DNA of 55,329 nt. Source: a virus. Its lineage: Duplodnaviria; Caudoviricetes. The stretch covers positions 1 to 55,329 of IMG/VR virus record IMGVR_UViG_3300012582_000006. One strand, 5' to 3'. Each line of letters begins with the position of its first letter. Within the stretch, counting starts at the first letter, position 1. The notes under the pieces were generated by a model. That model saw nothing but the letters and a program-made list of their open reading frames with translations, was not told the DNA's origin and did not search any database. The position numbers were made by a program, and so were the translations under genes. This document shows, piece after piece, positions 1 through 9,067 of the stretch.

Positions 1-495
1 ATGTTTCAGTTGGTAAACGATTACGTTTGGGTGTGGCCTGATCCAAAGTTGCCACCGTTGAGGAGGAGTGATATCGAGAAATGGTTGGGAGCGCCATTTG
101 GTGCTTTGATGGAAATTCGGGCAATGGCGGGGGATCCGGGAGACAATCTTCACGGCTTGCCTGGGGTTGGACAGATAACAGCGGTGAAGTTGTGGAAGCA
201 AGGTCTTCGTCTTTCGGATTTATCGAACGGAGCTTTGTATTCGAAGTACAAGGAGCATTGGAAACGGGTTAAGAAAGAATACAAATGTGCACAGATTGTG
301 ACCGATCCGCTGAGTGATGTGTGGCCAAGAGAGACGAGTAAGAGGCTATGTGAGTTGTTGGACCTGGTGGAAGAGACCCCAGAGCGCGATGTTGATCGGG
401 GTGAACGACACAGAAGGAAGGTGTATGGATTTTTGAGCGAGTACGATCTAAATGAACTGCTTGCGGTGAGGCAAAAACTTTTTCGATTGCCTTGA
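1..495 (+). CDS. 5'-3' exonuclease / flap endonuclease (PolI N-terminal type), C-terminal part; probably truncated by window edge
   Basis: H3TH motif AMAGDPGDNLHGLPGVGQITAVKL typical of 5'-3' exonucleases. Confidence 0.85.
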   Translation: MFQLVNDYVWVWPDPKLPPLRRSDIEKWLGAPFGALMEIRAMAGDPGDNLHGLPGVGQITAVKLWKQGLRLSDLSNGALYSKYKEHWKRVKKEYKCAQIVTDPLSDVWPRETSKRLCELLDLVEETPERDVDRGERHRRKVYGFLSEYDLNELLAVRQKLFRLP

Positions 496-519
496 CTTAT
501 GTGAAAAGAAATATATAAT
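492..519 (+). promoter_or_regulatory. sigma70-type promoter upstream of sigma-like gene
   Basis: TTGACT (492-497), 16 bp spacer, TATAAT (514-519) in an AT-rich intergenic gap. Confidence 0.6.
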
Positions 520-548
520 GTCATTGCGGTTGGAGTTCAAAAAGCACG

Positions 549-1118
549 ATGGAGAGTCCGCAGATGAAAAAAGAGTCGTCCCGTCTTTTTTTATACGAGC
601 AGTACAAACGAATGGCGATGCAGTTGGCTTGGAAGTACTGGAAGCAGTTACCAGTGTCAACAAAGATGTGGGTGGACCCGGAAGATCTGATCTCCGAAGC
701 GGTGCTTCACGTTGTTACGCGTATCAGTGATATCTACAATCCCAAAAAATCCTCGATGAGTACGTTCGTTTATTGCAGCGTTGGTAGTGTGTTGTTCAAT
801 TTCGTACTCTCACAGAGAAACGCAAAAAGATTCGGTTGGAATATCTCATTGGATGACGAGGCTTGTCCTAGTATTCCCAGACGGGATGAAGCCTTCCAGC
901 TTATGGAAGCGAAGCAATCATTGGAGAGAATATTTATTGAGTCGTCTCCAAAGCTTCGTATGGAAATCTGTCGTTGGTTCAGCATTGAGAAGAGATCACC
1001 AAGATACTCCAAAGATGGTAGACGGTTGACGAGAGAGTTTTCGTTCCTAGCAAAAAGAAACAGACTATCGGAATCGGATTGTCGTTTGCTTTTGAGGAAC
1101 GGCGTATGGGTTCCATAG
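549..1118 (+). CDS. phage RNA polymerase sigma-factor-like protein
   Basis: region-2-like DPEDLISEAVL...YNPKKSSMSTFVY and ISLDD motif. Confidence 0.7.
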   Translation: MESPQMKKESSRLFLYEQYKRMAMQLAWKYWKQLPVSTKMWVDPEDLISEAVLHVVTRISDIYNPKKSSMSTFVYCSVGSVLFNFVLSQRNAKRFGWNISLDDEACPSIPRRDEAFQLMEAKQSLERIFIESSPKLRMEICRWFSIEKRSPRYSKDGRRLTREFSFLAKRNRLSESDCRLLLRNGVWVP

Positions 1119-1369
1119 AATCAAAAGAGCTGCTGTGGTGTTTGTTGTGTGATGGTAAATTCTCTCTTTCCGATATCGAGAAAGGGACATACTATTCGGT
1201 AACCGGAATTTGTAAGGCTTGCTACGAGAGGATGTGGAAGGATGAACAGACCTGTTTCGGAAAGGCATCAAAGTACAAAAAAGAGACACAAGAATGCGGA
1301 CACTTCTGTCCGGATCGCAAAGTATGCCCACTCTTCGCTGAAGACTCCGTTTCGAAAAGGCAGCGTTAG
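1106..1369 (+). CDS. Cys-rich putative zinc-binding protein
   Basis: CLLC, CKAC, CFG, CGHFCPDRKVC; GAGG RBS before ATG 1106. Confidence 0.55.
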   Translation: MGSIESKELLWCLLCDGKFSLSDIEKGTYYSVTGICKACYERMWKDEQTCFGKASKYKKETQECGHFCPDRKVCPLFAEDSVSKRQR

Positions 1370-1529
1370 GGATTTGGTTTACCTATTTTTGAAACAGCCG
1401 AGACGGTTGCCTGTCTTTGTAAAATATGTTGAGTCGCTTGGTGCCGATCCAATAGATGTTATTCGGGCTTTCAGATACAGGGATCTGCTGGATGAAGGGA
1501 AGGATGGATGGCTGACGTTGGCAAAGTAA
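1242..1529 (+). CDS. small hypothetical protein (true start uncertain, probably further downstream)
   Basis: ORF fills the gap to 1508; C-terminal half (PFRKGSVRDLVYLFL...) looks protein-like. Confidence 0.4.
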   Translation: MNRPVSERHQSTKKRHKNADTSVRIAKYAHSSLKTPFRKGSVRDLVYLFLKQPRRLPVFVKYVESLGADPIDVIRAFRYRDLLDEGKDGWLTLAK

Positions 1530-2533
1530 AGAAGAAAGAAGCGAAGCTACAGTTGGCGAACGGACCTGTTCCGAAGTTGGTGTTGCAATCATCCGAGAAA
1601 CCCATCGTGTATTTGTCCCATTCGATTGTTCATACGAAAGAGTTGGAGAACGAGTTTCTGGATTGCACGGGTGTACGGTATAGGTGTTGTTCGTTCGTAT
1701 ATCTACATCCGGATGCGATCTATTGGACTCCGAGGGCTTGGGCGGGGTACAAGGTAAACGTGGAGCGCGGAAATCATATCATGATGGATTCGGGTGCGTT
1801 CTCGTTTCAGATGTTCTTATTCAAGCATCAGGAAATCCCAAACGTCGATAAGTTGAGGAGTAAGACTATCGAGATGTACGTGGAGTTTTGTAAGAAGAGA
1901 TCAAAGGATTGGGATTTCTACGTAACGTTCGATTACGTCAGGGACGTGGAAGTGGTTTGGCGTGTGACGAAAGAGCTTGAGAAGCAAGGATTGAAACCGG
2001 TTCCGGTGTATCATGGTGATGCGTCGTTGGATTGGATTAAGAAATATCTGGACGCTGGTTACAAGAGAATTGGATGTTCGCCTCTCCTGGGTGTGCGGTC
2101 GAGTCATAAGAATCTGAGATTCTATCTTGACAATCTGTTTAGAACGGTTGAACCATACAAGGTGAAACTGCATGGGTTTGCGATGACTTCCTTGTCAACG
2201 ATGTTTGCCTATCCGTGGGATAGCGTGGATAGTTCTTCCTGGTCGAGGACTTCGTCGTACGGTTGCATCTACGTGGTGGATGTTGGAAAGAACACGATGG
2301 GAACGGTTCACGTATCTTTGGAGTCTGCTTCGAATCCGAATTCCTTTTCCACGTTGGCAAAAGAATCTCAAAAGGCGATCGTAGATCAGGTGGAGAAGCG
2401 CGGTTTCGATTTCAAACGTTTGAGAGAGTCGGTGACGTACCGGCACGTATACAATGGGTGGTTATTTTCACACTTGGATCAGTTCAAAAAACAGATTAGA
2501 GATACACACGTTCGGTATCAGCATCTGCTGTAG
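1508..2533 (+). CDS. dpdA: DpdA-like DNA-guanine transglycosylase (TGT fold; 7-deazaguanine insertion)
   Basis: MMDSGAFS, PVYHG, KLHGFAMT and WDSVDSSSW motifs of TGT/DpdA family; folE two genes downstream. Confidence 0.75.
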   Translation: MADVGKVKKKEAKLQLANGPVPKLVLQSSEKPIVYLSHSIVHTKELENEFLDCTGVRYRCCSFVYLHPDAIYWTPRAWAGYKVNVERGNHIMMDSGAFSFQMFLFKHQEIPNVDKLRSKTIEMYVEFCKKRSKDWDFYVTFDYVRDVEVVWRVTKELEKQGLKPVPVYHGDASLDWIKKYLDAGYKRIGCSPLLGVRSSHKNLRFYLDNLFRTVEPYKVKLHGFAMTSLSTMFAYPWDSVDSSSWSRTSSYGCIYVVDVGKNTMGTVHVSLESASNPNSFSTLAKESQKAIVDQVEKRGFDFKRLRESVTYRHVYNGWLFSHLDQFKKQIRDTHVRYQHLL

Positions 2534-2836
2534 GTGATCGTTATGACATGGCGCGTGAAAAGAAAGTGCGACGATTGTCCTTTCTCGGTTAGTGGGGCTG
2601 GTTTGAGATTAAGGAAGTCACTTGGGAGAGGACGTTGGAATGAGATCTTAGCTAGTCTTAGAATCGATTCTGGTTTTCCTTGTCATAAGACTACGGTATT
2701 TGACGAAGAGGGTGATGCGGTACAAGGGACTGGTTTGCAATGTGCTGGGGCACTTGCTTGGCAAAGAAAACACAACGGGTGTGTAGGTCAGTTGGCTAGG
2801 ATCATGGAACGTTTGGATTACGCGAGGAAATTGTGA
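2534..2836 (+). CDS. Cys-rich hypothetical phage protein
   Basis: CDDCPF...FPCHKT...QCAGA pattern. Confidence 0.6.
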   Translation: MIVMTWRVKRKCDDCPFSVSGAGLRLRKSLGRGRWNEILASLRIDSGFPCHKTTVFDEEGDAVQGTGLQCAGALAWQRKHNGCVGQLARIMERLDYARKL

Positions 2837-3495
2837 AAGACAGGATGATAGAGATGGCGAAAAGAAAAGAACAGATAAAGAAGAACGCCATTTTTGAGTT
2901 TCAGCTGGATGTGCAAAAGGCCGTGGCTTTGATATTGAATTCATTGGAACGGTGGACTGGCCAAAAAATCCATCGTCACGGTCCAAACTTCGAAGAGACA
3001 CCAGCTAGGGTTGCAAGGGCTTATACGGAAATCTTCGAAGGTCTCTTCGACAATGGGGATCAAGTAAAAGAAATTCTTTCCAAGACGTTTCCAGCGAAAG
3101 CCACGGAGATGGTAGTTGTTGGTCCGGTTGCGGTTTGGTCTATTTGTGCTCATCATTTGTTGCCAGTTGAGATGCGGGTGTGGTTAGGATATTTGCCGAA
3201 GAAAAGAGTGCTTGGGCTTTCGAAATTGGCTAGGCTGGCGGAGTTGGTAGCTAAGAAGCCTGGTTTGCAAGAGGATGCCACGATTGAGTTGGTAGACCTT
3301 TTGTATAAAGGTCTGAAACCGTCTGGTTGTGGCTGTTACATCAGAGGTAGGCACATGTGTATGGCTATGCGTGGTGTGAAGAGTAATGCAATTACGACTT
3401 CCAGTCAGCTTGTCGGTTCATTTTTGAAGGCTGAGATTCGCTCGGAATTCTTGGCTATGATTCGTGCGGATATTACCAAAGGAGATTGTTTGTGA
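2833..3495 (+). CDS. folE: GTP cyclohydrolase I
   Basis: ETPARVARAY, SICAHHLLP, GLSKLARL, QE, HMCMAMRGV motifs. Confidence 0.95.
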   Translation: MKDRMIEMAKRKEQIKKNAIFEFQLDVQKAVALILNSLERWTGQKIHRHGPNFEETPARVARAYTEIFEGLFDNGDQVKEILSKTFPAKATEMVVVGPVAVWSICAHHLLPVEMRVWLGYLPKKRVLGLSKLARLAELVAKKPGLQEDATIELVDLLYKGLKPSGCGCYIRGRHMCMAMRGVKSNAITTSSQLVGSFLKAEIRSEFLAMIRADITKGDCL

Positions 3496-3872
3496 GGTGG
3501 AAGGAAATTTACGGAGGCTTGTATCTTCTTTCTGAAAAGGGTGATGTTAGGAACAATTTTCCTCTATCGAGAAGATGTAGACATGACTATAGAGGTAGAC
3601 TTTTAATTCCTTATGTAACGAAGAAGGGATACCTTAGGTTGGAAGTTAGTCCGGATAGGAAGGGTGTTGCTGTTCTTGTTCATAATTTGGTGGCGAAGGT
3701 TTTTGTCGGTCCAAGGCCAAAGGGTAAAGAGGTTAATCACAAGGATACGAACAAGTTGAATAACTGGTATTGGAATTTGGAGTACCTTACGCATGCGGAA
3801 AACATTCGACATGCAGTTGCGCATGGCTTGTACGGTAAAAAGAAAAGAGAAAGAAATGGACAAAATACTTGA
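3486..3872 (+). CDS. HNH homing endonuclease
   Basis: VHNLVAKVFVG...EVNHKDTNKLNNWYWNLEYLTHAENIRH. Confidence 0.9.
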   Translation: MFVRWKEIYGGLYLLSEKGDVRNNFPLSRRCRHDYRGRLLIPYVTKKGYLRLEVSPDRKGVAVLVHNLVAKVFVGPRPKGKEVNHKDTNKLNNWYWNLEYLTHAENIRHAVAHGLYGKKKRERNGQNT

Positions 3873-4122
3873 TGAGCAGTTGGAAGAATTGAAAGGCTTG
3901 GAAGAAGACTATCCAGGTCAGTTGAAAGAGTCTAGAAGGTATAAAATTCTGGAGCGGGCGGTAGACTTGGCGGATGGTATCCTGGTTGATTATTCGGATG
4001 GAGAGGTAGAAGAATTAGATTGGCTTACGGCTCGAGTTGCCGAGTCCTTTTTGAGTAGAGTAGTCGTTCGTTTGCAGTCTTCGATGCTTAGAAAAGATAT
4101 GGAAGAGTGGATGAAGAAATGA
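3856..4122 (+). CDS. hypothetical protein
   Basis: ORF overlapping both neighbours (ATGA coupling at the 3' end). Confidence 0.55.
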   Translation: MDKILDEQLEELKGLEEDYPGQLKESRRYKILERAVDLADGILVDYSDGEVEELDWLTARVAESFLSRVVVRLQSSMLRKDMEEWMKK

Positions 4123-5219
4123 ACTGGGCAGAGATCGAGAAGAAGGATTTGATAAATGCTGTGGATGTGCTGGCACTGGTTCCGCAACGGGCTGGGGTGC
4201 CTTCATCCGATTTTGTGAAGGTTAGTCCAAAGAATAAGATCATTGAGATGTCTCTTTCATCTACTGTTACAGCGGTAGTACGGGTTAGTTACTCCGGTTC
4301 GCTGGGTCTGAAGGAGGCAATCTTTATTGACAAGGGTTTATTTCAGGCCTACGTGCAATCGGGGAAGACGTGGAAGGGTAATTTTAGGACCGCTGTGACG
4401 GAAGGACGATGGCATATTCGTCAGGGTAGTAGACATGCCGAGTTGGCGATTAGAACAGAGCCATTGGGTGGTTATGGGTCTTGGCGGGATAGAAACGGGC
4501 TGAAAGAAATCAAGTTGTCGGAACAGCTTAGAAAACTTCTGTTGGCCTCGAATAGCTGTTCGACTGCTGATCCATCATTACCTCAGTTGAACTGCGTGTA
4601 CATTGGAGGGAAGTTGGTTCTTTCAACGAACAAGATATCCTTGTTCGTTGGGATACGGGACAAGGAGGATAGTCTAAGGATTCCGTTTCCGGTTGGCATT
4701 ATTCCTTTGTTGGGTGATGACATGGTTCGTGGTGTGGGTGTAGAAGGGGACAGGGTGATCCTGGATTGCGGTTGCGGATACATCGAAGGTACAATTTCGG
4801 CGATCGCACAGAAATCGTTTCCAAAGAAAAACATAGTTGAGCAAGTGTCTCGTGGTCGAACGTGGCCTGTGTTGGTAAGACTTCCGGCGGAGAGGCTATC
4901 AAAGGTTCTGACCAGACTGTCTGGTTATCTGTCGAATGTAAAAAGAGAAGATTGGATAGTTGAGTTGGCGATAGGGGATGGTGTTGTCAAGGCTTCCGTG
5001 AAAGTGCAGCAGGGAAAATTCGAAGAGAAGATGGAATTCGAGAATGAAAAGGCGGAGGGTTTGGTTCGTTGGCCTTTGGAATTGGCACAGGCGGTGGTGG
5101 ACTATATGGCGGTAAACGGTGAGCTGGTGAAGATTCGAGTGAACGAAGGAAAGAATACTCCTTATCTTCTGTCCGGTGGTGGCGTTGAAATGATGATAGC
5201 TCGCCAGATTGGAAAATGA
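4119..5219 (+). CDS. DNA sliding clamp (DnaN/beta-clamp-like)
   Basis: about 366 aa; IEKKDLINAV start and STADPSLPQLNCVYI...VLSTN segment resemble beta-clamp domains; DnaX-like loader in the same module. Confidence 0.65.
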   Translation: MNWAEIEKKDLINAVDVLALVPQRAGVPSSDFVKVSPKNKIIEMSLSSTVTAVVRVSYSGSLGLKEAIFIDKGLFQAYVQSGKTWKGNFRTAVTEGRWHIRQGSRHAELAIRTEPLGGYGSWRDRNGLKEIKLSEQLRKLLLASNSCSTADPSLPQLNCVYIGGKLVLSTNKISLFVGIRDKEDSLRIPFPVGIIPLLGDDMVRGVGVEGDRVILDCGCGYIEGTISAIAQKSFPKKNIVEQVSRGRTWPVLVRLPAERLSKVLTRLSGYLSNVKREDWIVELAIGDGVVKASVKVQQGKFEEKMEFENEKAEGLVRWPLELAQAVVDYMAVNGELVKIRVNEGKNTPYLLSGGGVEMMIARQIGK

Positions 5220-5220
5220 G

Positions 5221-5365
5221 TTTGGCTAGGTAAGGCGTGGTTTGGTAAGGTGATGTTAGGTAAGGCGTGGTGTGGTTGTGTAGGGTTAGGTTCGGTAAGG
5301 TAATGCGAGGTGAGGTTGGTTAGGGTGAGGTTGGGTCGGCCGAGGTAATGTTGGGTGTGGTGAGG
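5221..5365 (+). repeat. GGY-NN pentamer array 1 (29 in-phase units); candidate guide-type ncRNA
   Basis: tttgg ctagg taagg cgtgg ... tgtgg tgagg; every unit starts with a pyrimidine, 23/29 end in GG, middle dinucleotide varies. Confidence 0.95.
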
Positions 5366-5369
5366 GAAA

Positions 5370-5561
5370 GTGAATACCGTTACGAGTCAATGTCCACAGT
5401 GTAAGAACTGGTTGACGTTGGGCTTGGATGTTGAGTTCCTGTGTCACGTATGGTGTCCTTTTTGTCAAGAGAATTTGGAATTTCACATTAGTTACTTTGT
5501 ATCATTGGGTTCAAAGGCCTATGGGTGGTTGCTTGGTCGAAAAGAGTTCAAGGTAGGATGA
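5370..5561 (+). CDS. small zinc-ribbon protein
   Basis: CPQC...CPFC; RBS is the last array unit (TGAGG). Confidence 0.6.
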   Translation: MNTVTSQCPQCKNWLTLGLDVEFLCHVWCPFCQENLEFHISYFVSLGSKAYGWLLGRKEFKVG

Positions 5562-5564
5562 TTT

Positions 5565-5768
5565 ATGAAAGTCAGTGAGTGGCTTAAGCAGTATCAGATG
5601 ACAGGAGAAGTTCCTGAACTTACTGATTCGGAACATGGAGTATTAATGGCTTTCTGGTGTGGATGGCTAATAGGTCCGTCACACTCGCAGATAGCAGTGA
5701 CTATGGATGATCGTAGATCGATGGCTATTAAAGCGGCTGAGTTTATCGAAGAGCGTGCGAGAGGATAA
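5565..5768 (+). CDS. hypothetical protein
   Basis: ORF with AGGA RBS in operon context. Confidence 0.55.
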   Translation: MKVSEWLKQYQMTGEVPELTDSEHGVLMAFWCGWLIGPSHSQIAVTMDDRRSMAIKAAEFIEERARG

Positions 5769-5917
5769 AAATGAAATGGATATATAGATGGATGCAGTGT
5801 AACTTGTTGGCTGATGGTTGGGATGTCCCTCCAAGTAAGGAGGATGGTTGGGAGTTGCTCTCTTTGAGTGTCTCAACGTATCCGGTGGCTATTTTGTTGT
5901 GGAGGAAGGCTCAATAA

Positions 5918-7819
5918 ATGGCTTACCAGAATTTGCTACATTTTGATGACGACACGAAAGCCTTCGAAGTGGTGCCTGAGAAGGGTCAGAAGAAGGAAAA
6001 GAAAAAGGCTGTGTCGAAGAAGGATCAGAATAGAGGTTGCGACTTTTGTCCGCTGAACAAAGTGAAGGGTTTGAAGAAGGTAAAAAATCTAGATAAGCTC
6101 AGAGGCAAAGAGATCATGGTCTGGGCACAGAATCCTGGGGAAGAGGAAAATAGACAAGGAAAGGAACTGGTTGGTCCAGCAGGTCAGTTTCTTTGGGAGC
6201 ATGCGGAATCGGTTGGGTTGAAGAGAGAAGATTGCGACATACAGAACGTGGTCCGATGTTGGACGATATCGGAAAATGAGTTTGGTCAGTGGGAGCCGAG
6301 GAGTCCTTCGAAAGAGGAATTACATTGTTGTTCGATCTATACCGAAGAGGCTTTAGAGAAGACTTATGGTAAAACAAAGGTGCATATCGTCTTCGGTCAG
6401 GTGGCAGCGAAGGTCTTGTTGAAGGGAGAGTATCGGAAGGACCAGAAGACATTTTTTTCTGAGAAGTTAAAGGCTTGGGTGATTTTGACCTATCATCCGA
6501 GTTACTTCCTGCGTGGGGCTCCGCGTTCCAAAATTCAGGAGTTCTTGGAGGCATTGGCAACGGCAGTGGCAAAAGTGAAAGGCGGAACTGGTAGGTTCAC
6601 GTATATCGAGAGGCAGGATTACAAATCGGTTCCAACAAGAGATTTGAAGGTGGAAATAGAAGATCCGATAAGAGAGGTAGCCTCGAAAGGAATTGTGACA
6701 TCGGTGGATATCGAGGATGGCACGAATGATAAAGGTGAGAATGTAATCGTGTACGTCGGGTTCTCTTGGAAGAAGGGGCATTCAAGAGGGGTGTTCTTCG
6801 ATCACCGGGATTTGAAAAATTCTCCGGAAGAGCAACAAGCAAAGTTTCATGTTGTGTCCGGAATTATTACCGATCCAAATATTCCTAAAGCATTGCAGAA
6901 CGGTGTGTATGATGTGTGGAAGTTCTTGAAGTTGTGGTCGTTGAAGGTGAAGGGCTTCGTACATGATACGATGTTCTCTGAGTATTTGAGATACTCCGGT
7001 CGAAAGGCCTATGGTCTGGAAGCGATCTCGGATATTCGATTCAGGGAGTTTGCTGGGTACAAAGGAATTCTTGATCCGTATCGTGATCCGAAGACTGGAT
7101 TGGTGAATTTTTGGACCGTTCCAATGAAGGTAATCCGGGTGTATAACGGTGCGGATTGTGATCTGACCAAAAGAATTCAACGCGACAACAAAGGAAAGGT
7201 GAACGAGTCGCTCCTGAAAGTTTTGATTCTTGTGGCGCCGGTGTTGGCGAAGATGGAAATAGAGAGTGGTCCACTTTTGGATTTCGAGCATGCGGATTTG
7301 TTGGATCGGTGGTTACCGGTACGATTGGAGTCTTTGCTGAAGGAGCTTCGTCATCTTGCCGATAACAAGAAGTTCAATCCGAATTCGACGCCGCAAGTGG
7401 TTGAGATCATCTACGACAAGTTGAAGCTTGGAAAATATCTGGACGTGGAATGGAAACGAGATTATCCCAGGTCGACGAACAAAGAGACGATGTTGCTGTT
7501 GGAATCTTTCCACGCCTTTCCAAAGAGGATGCAGGAGTACAGGAAGCTAGCAAAGAAGAAATCAACGTATTTGGATGCCTATCGGAAATCAGCGACTCTT
7601 CACGAAGGTCGTGTCAGGACAAAGTGGTGGTTGACTGGAACGATTACCTGTCGGTTGCGGTCTGGTGGTGAAAAGATAAAAAAGAAAGGGGAAGAGTCGG
7701 ACAAGGAAAAAGGGATCGTGAATCTGCAAAATATCCACGGGGCGGAGGAGATTGAGTGTTTGCTGGTGTCGGATATGAGATGGCGTGAGTTGTACAAAGA
7801 ATGGAGAGAACAACAATGA
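5918..7819 (+). CDS. polA: family A DNA polymerase, N-terminal part: UDG-family-4-like domain + 3'-5' exonuclease + thumb
   Basis: CDFCPL, AQNPGEEE..VGPAG, YHPSY (UDG-like); DIE, NGVYD, YNGAD (Exo I-III); FNPNSTPQV, TGTITCRLRS, NLQNI; ends before motif A. Confidence 0.9.
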   Translation: MAYQNLLHFDDDTKAFEVVPEKGQKKEKKKAVSKKDQNRGCDFCPLNKVKGLKKVKNLDKLRGKEIMVWAQNPGEEENRQGKELVGPAGQFLWEHAESVGLKREDCDIQNVVRCWTISENEFGQWEPRSPSKEELHCCSIYTEEALEKTYGKTKVHIVFGQVAAKVLLKGEYRKDQKTFFSEKLKAWVILTYHPSYFLRGAPRSKIQEFLEALATAVAKVKGGTGRFTYIERQDYKSVPTRDLKVEIEDPIREVASKGIVTSVDIEDGTNDKGENVIVYVGFSWKKGHSRGVFFDHRDLKNSPEEQQAKFHVVSGIITDPNIPKALQNGVYDVWKFLKLWSLKVKGFVHDTMFSEYLRYSGRKAYGLEAISDIRFREFAGYKGILDPYRDPKTGLVNFWTVPMKVIRVYNGADCDLTKRIQRDNKGKVNESLLKVLILVAPVLAKMEIESGPLLDFEHADLLDRWLPVRLESLLKELRHLADNKKFNPNSTPQVVEIIYDKLKLGKYLDVEWKRDYPRSTNKETMLLLESFHAFPKRMQEYRKLAKKKSTYLDAYRKSATLHEGRVRTKWWLTGTITCRLRSGGEKIKKKGEESDKEKGIVNLQNIHGAEEIECLLVSDMRWRELYKEWREQQ

Positions 7820-8055
7820 GTGAAAAGCATGTAACGTTCCTCAGGAACGAACCAAAGTCAAAAGTGGAGCTTCTAATTGTGAAAGATGGGTGGTTGCCAC
7901 TGACAGCTAATGGTGAAGATTTGGAGATGGTTCAAGATGCTTACGTTATAAGAGTATGGTCGTTAAGGGCACCATCTGGTGAGGCTCGTGTAAACGAGAT
8001 TAGGTTGAGGGCAAGTGAGATGAGCGTGTTGATGCATTCGGTGGAGGAGAAATGA
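7816..8055 (+). CDS. hypothetical protein lying between the polymerase halves
   Basis: ATGA overlaps with both flanking genes. Confidence 0.6.
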   Translation: MSEKHVTFLRNEPKSKVELLIVKDGWLPLTANGEDLEMVQDAYVIRVWSLRAPSGEARVNEIRLRASEMSVLMHSVEEK

Positions 8056-8573
8056 TCCTCAGTGGACGAGACTTGAAATTGTATATCGATATAGGAAAAT
8101 TGGTAATCGATCCGGTAACACCAGAACAGTTCCAGCAGAACGGTATAGATTTGGTTCTTGAAGAAATTTCGTATATGTCTGGGCCCTTTTGGCTTGGATG
8201 TACGAGAGAAGTATTAGAAATGCCAGATGATCTGATGGCCTTTGTGGAACTCAGGAGTTCGTGGGCTAGACAAGGATTCTTTTTGCCACCGACGATTGTG
8301 GATGCAGGATTCAAAGGAAATTTGACTTTGGAAATGCTGGCCTTTATGGAGCATCCAAAGGAAGCGCTTGGAAGACGGTTTGCTCATTTGATCTTTGCCA
8401 AGACGTCTAGTCCATGTGAAAAATATCAAGGTATGTATTCTGGTCAGCGCGGGATTACACCATCAAAACTGAAGTCAGAATCTAAAGGTCACGTCACGCC
8501 TGATGAAATACTAAGATCACACGGTTATGATCCAGATGAGATTAGAAGGTTGAGTAAAGGAGGAGAAGAATGA
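8052..8573 (+). CDS. dcd: dCTP deaminase (trimeric dUTPase superfamily)
   Basis: MILSGRDL, QQNGIDL, RSSWARQG, VDAGFKGNLTLE, YSGQRG. Confidence 0.9.
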   Translation: MILSGRDLKLYIDIGKLVIDPVTPEQFQQNGIDLVLEEISYMSGPFWLGCTREVLEMPDDLMAFVELRSSWARQGFFLPPTIVDAGFKGNLTLEMLAFMEHPKEALGRRFAHLIFAKTSSPCEKYQGMYSGQRGITPSKLKSESKGHVTPDEILRSHGYDPDEIRRLSKGGEE

Positions 8574-9067
8574 GTTTCGTGTTGCAAGATTGGTTGGGGG
8601 ACCTTTCATTTATGCAACAGAGTGTGTTGCTGACGGCGATTCGTGGTGCGGATACGTTGCCGAAGAGACACATCAGTAAGTATCTTCTTAGGTGGTATCG
8701 TCGTTGTATTTTGACTTGTGCTTTTGAGAAAGTAGTGCACAAGACTCCGGACGAGCCTTGTACTGGAAATTTTACCGGTTCGGTTCCTATGGGATTGGAA
8801 GATTTGTGGCGGACGTACTTGCAAGACATAGATATGATTCTACATCATTTTCATTTGCACGTGTTGCATGCATCTGAGATACTCGGTTACAAGCATCCTG
8901 ATAGACCGATCAGGGAATGGTGGGCAATGTTTTACCATCAGGCGGTTAAGGATATGCACGTTCGTCCGGAGACAGAAGAAGAAATGGATAAGAGGTTGGG
9001 AGATAGTCGGGATCAATGGATGGAAGCTGGTGGACAGCACGAGGTTTGGCATGAGTCTGGCAAGTAA
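8570..9067 (+). CDS. hypothetical phage protein (His-rich helical)
   Basis: translationally coupled ORF; MQQSVLLTAIRG, LLRWYRRC, HHFHLHVLHASEILGYKHPD. Confidence 0.7.
   Translation: MSFVLQDWLGDLSFMQQSVLLTAIRGADTLPKRHISKYLLRWYRRCILTCAFEKVVHKTPDEPCTGNFTGSVPMGLEDLWRTYLQDIDMILHHFHLHVLHASEILGYKHPDRPIREWWAMFYHQAVKDMHVRPETEEEMDKRLGDSRDQWMEAGGQHEVWHESGK

Noticed and set aside
8868-9050. Longer N-terminus for the polymerase C-terminal ORF
   Set aside because: Overlaps 8570-9067 by 200 bp and is not polymerase-like; ATG 9051 has a good RBS
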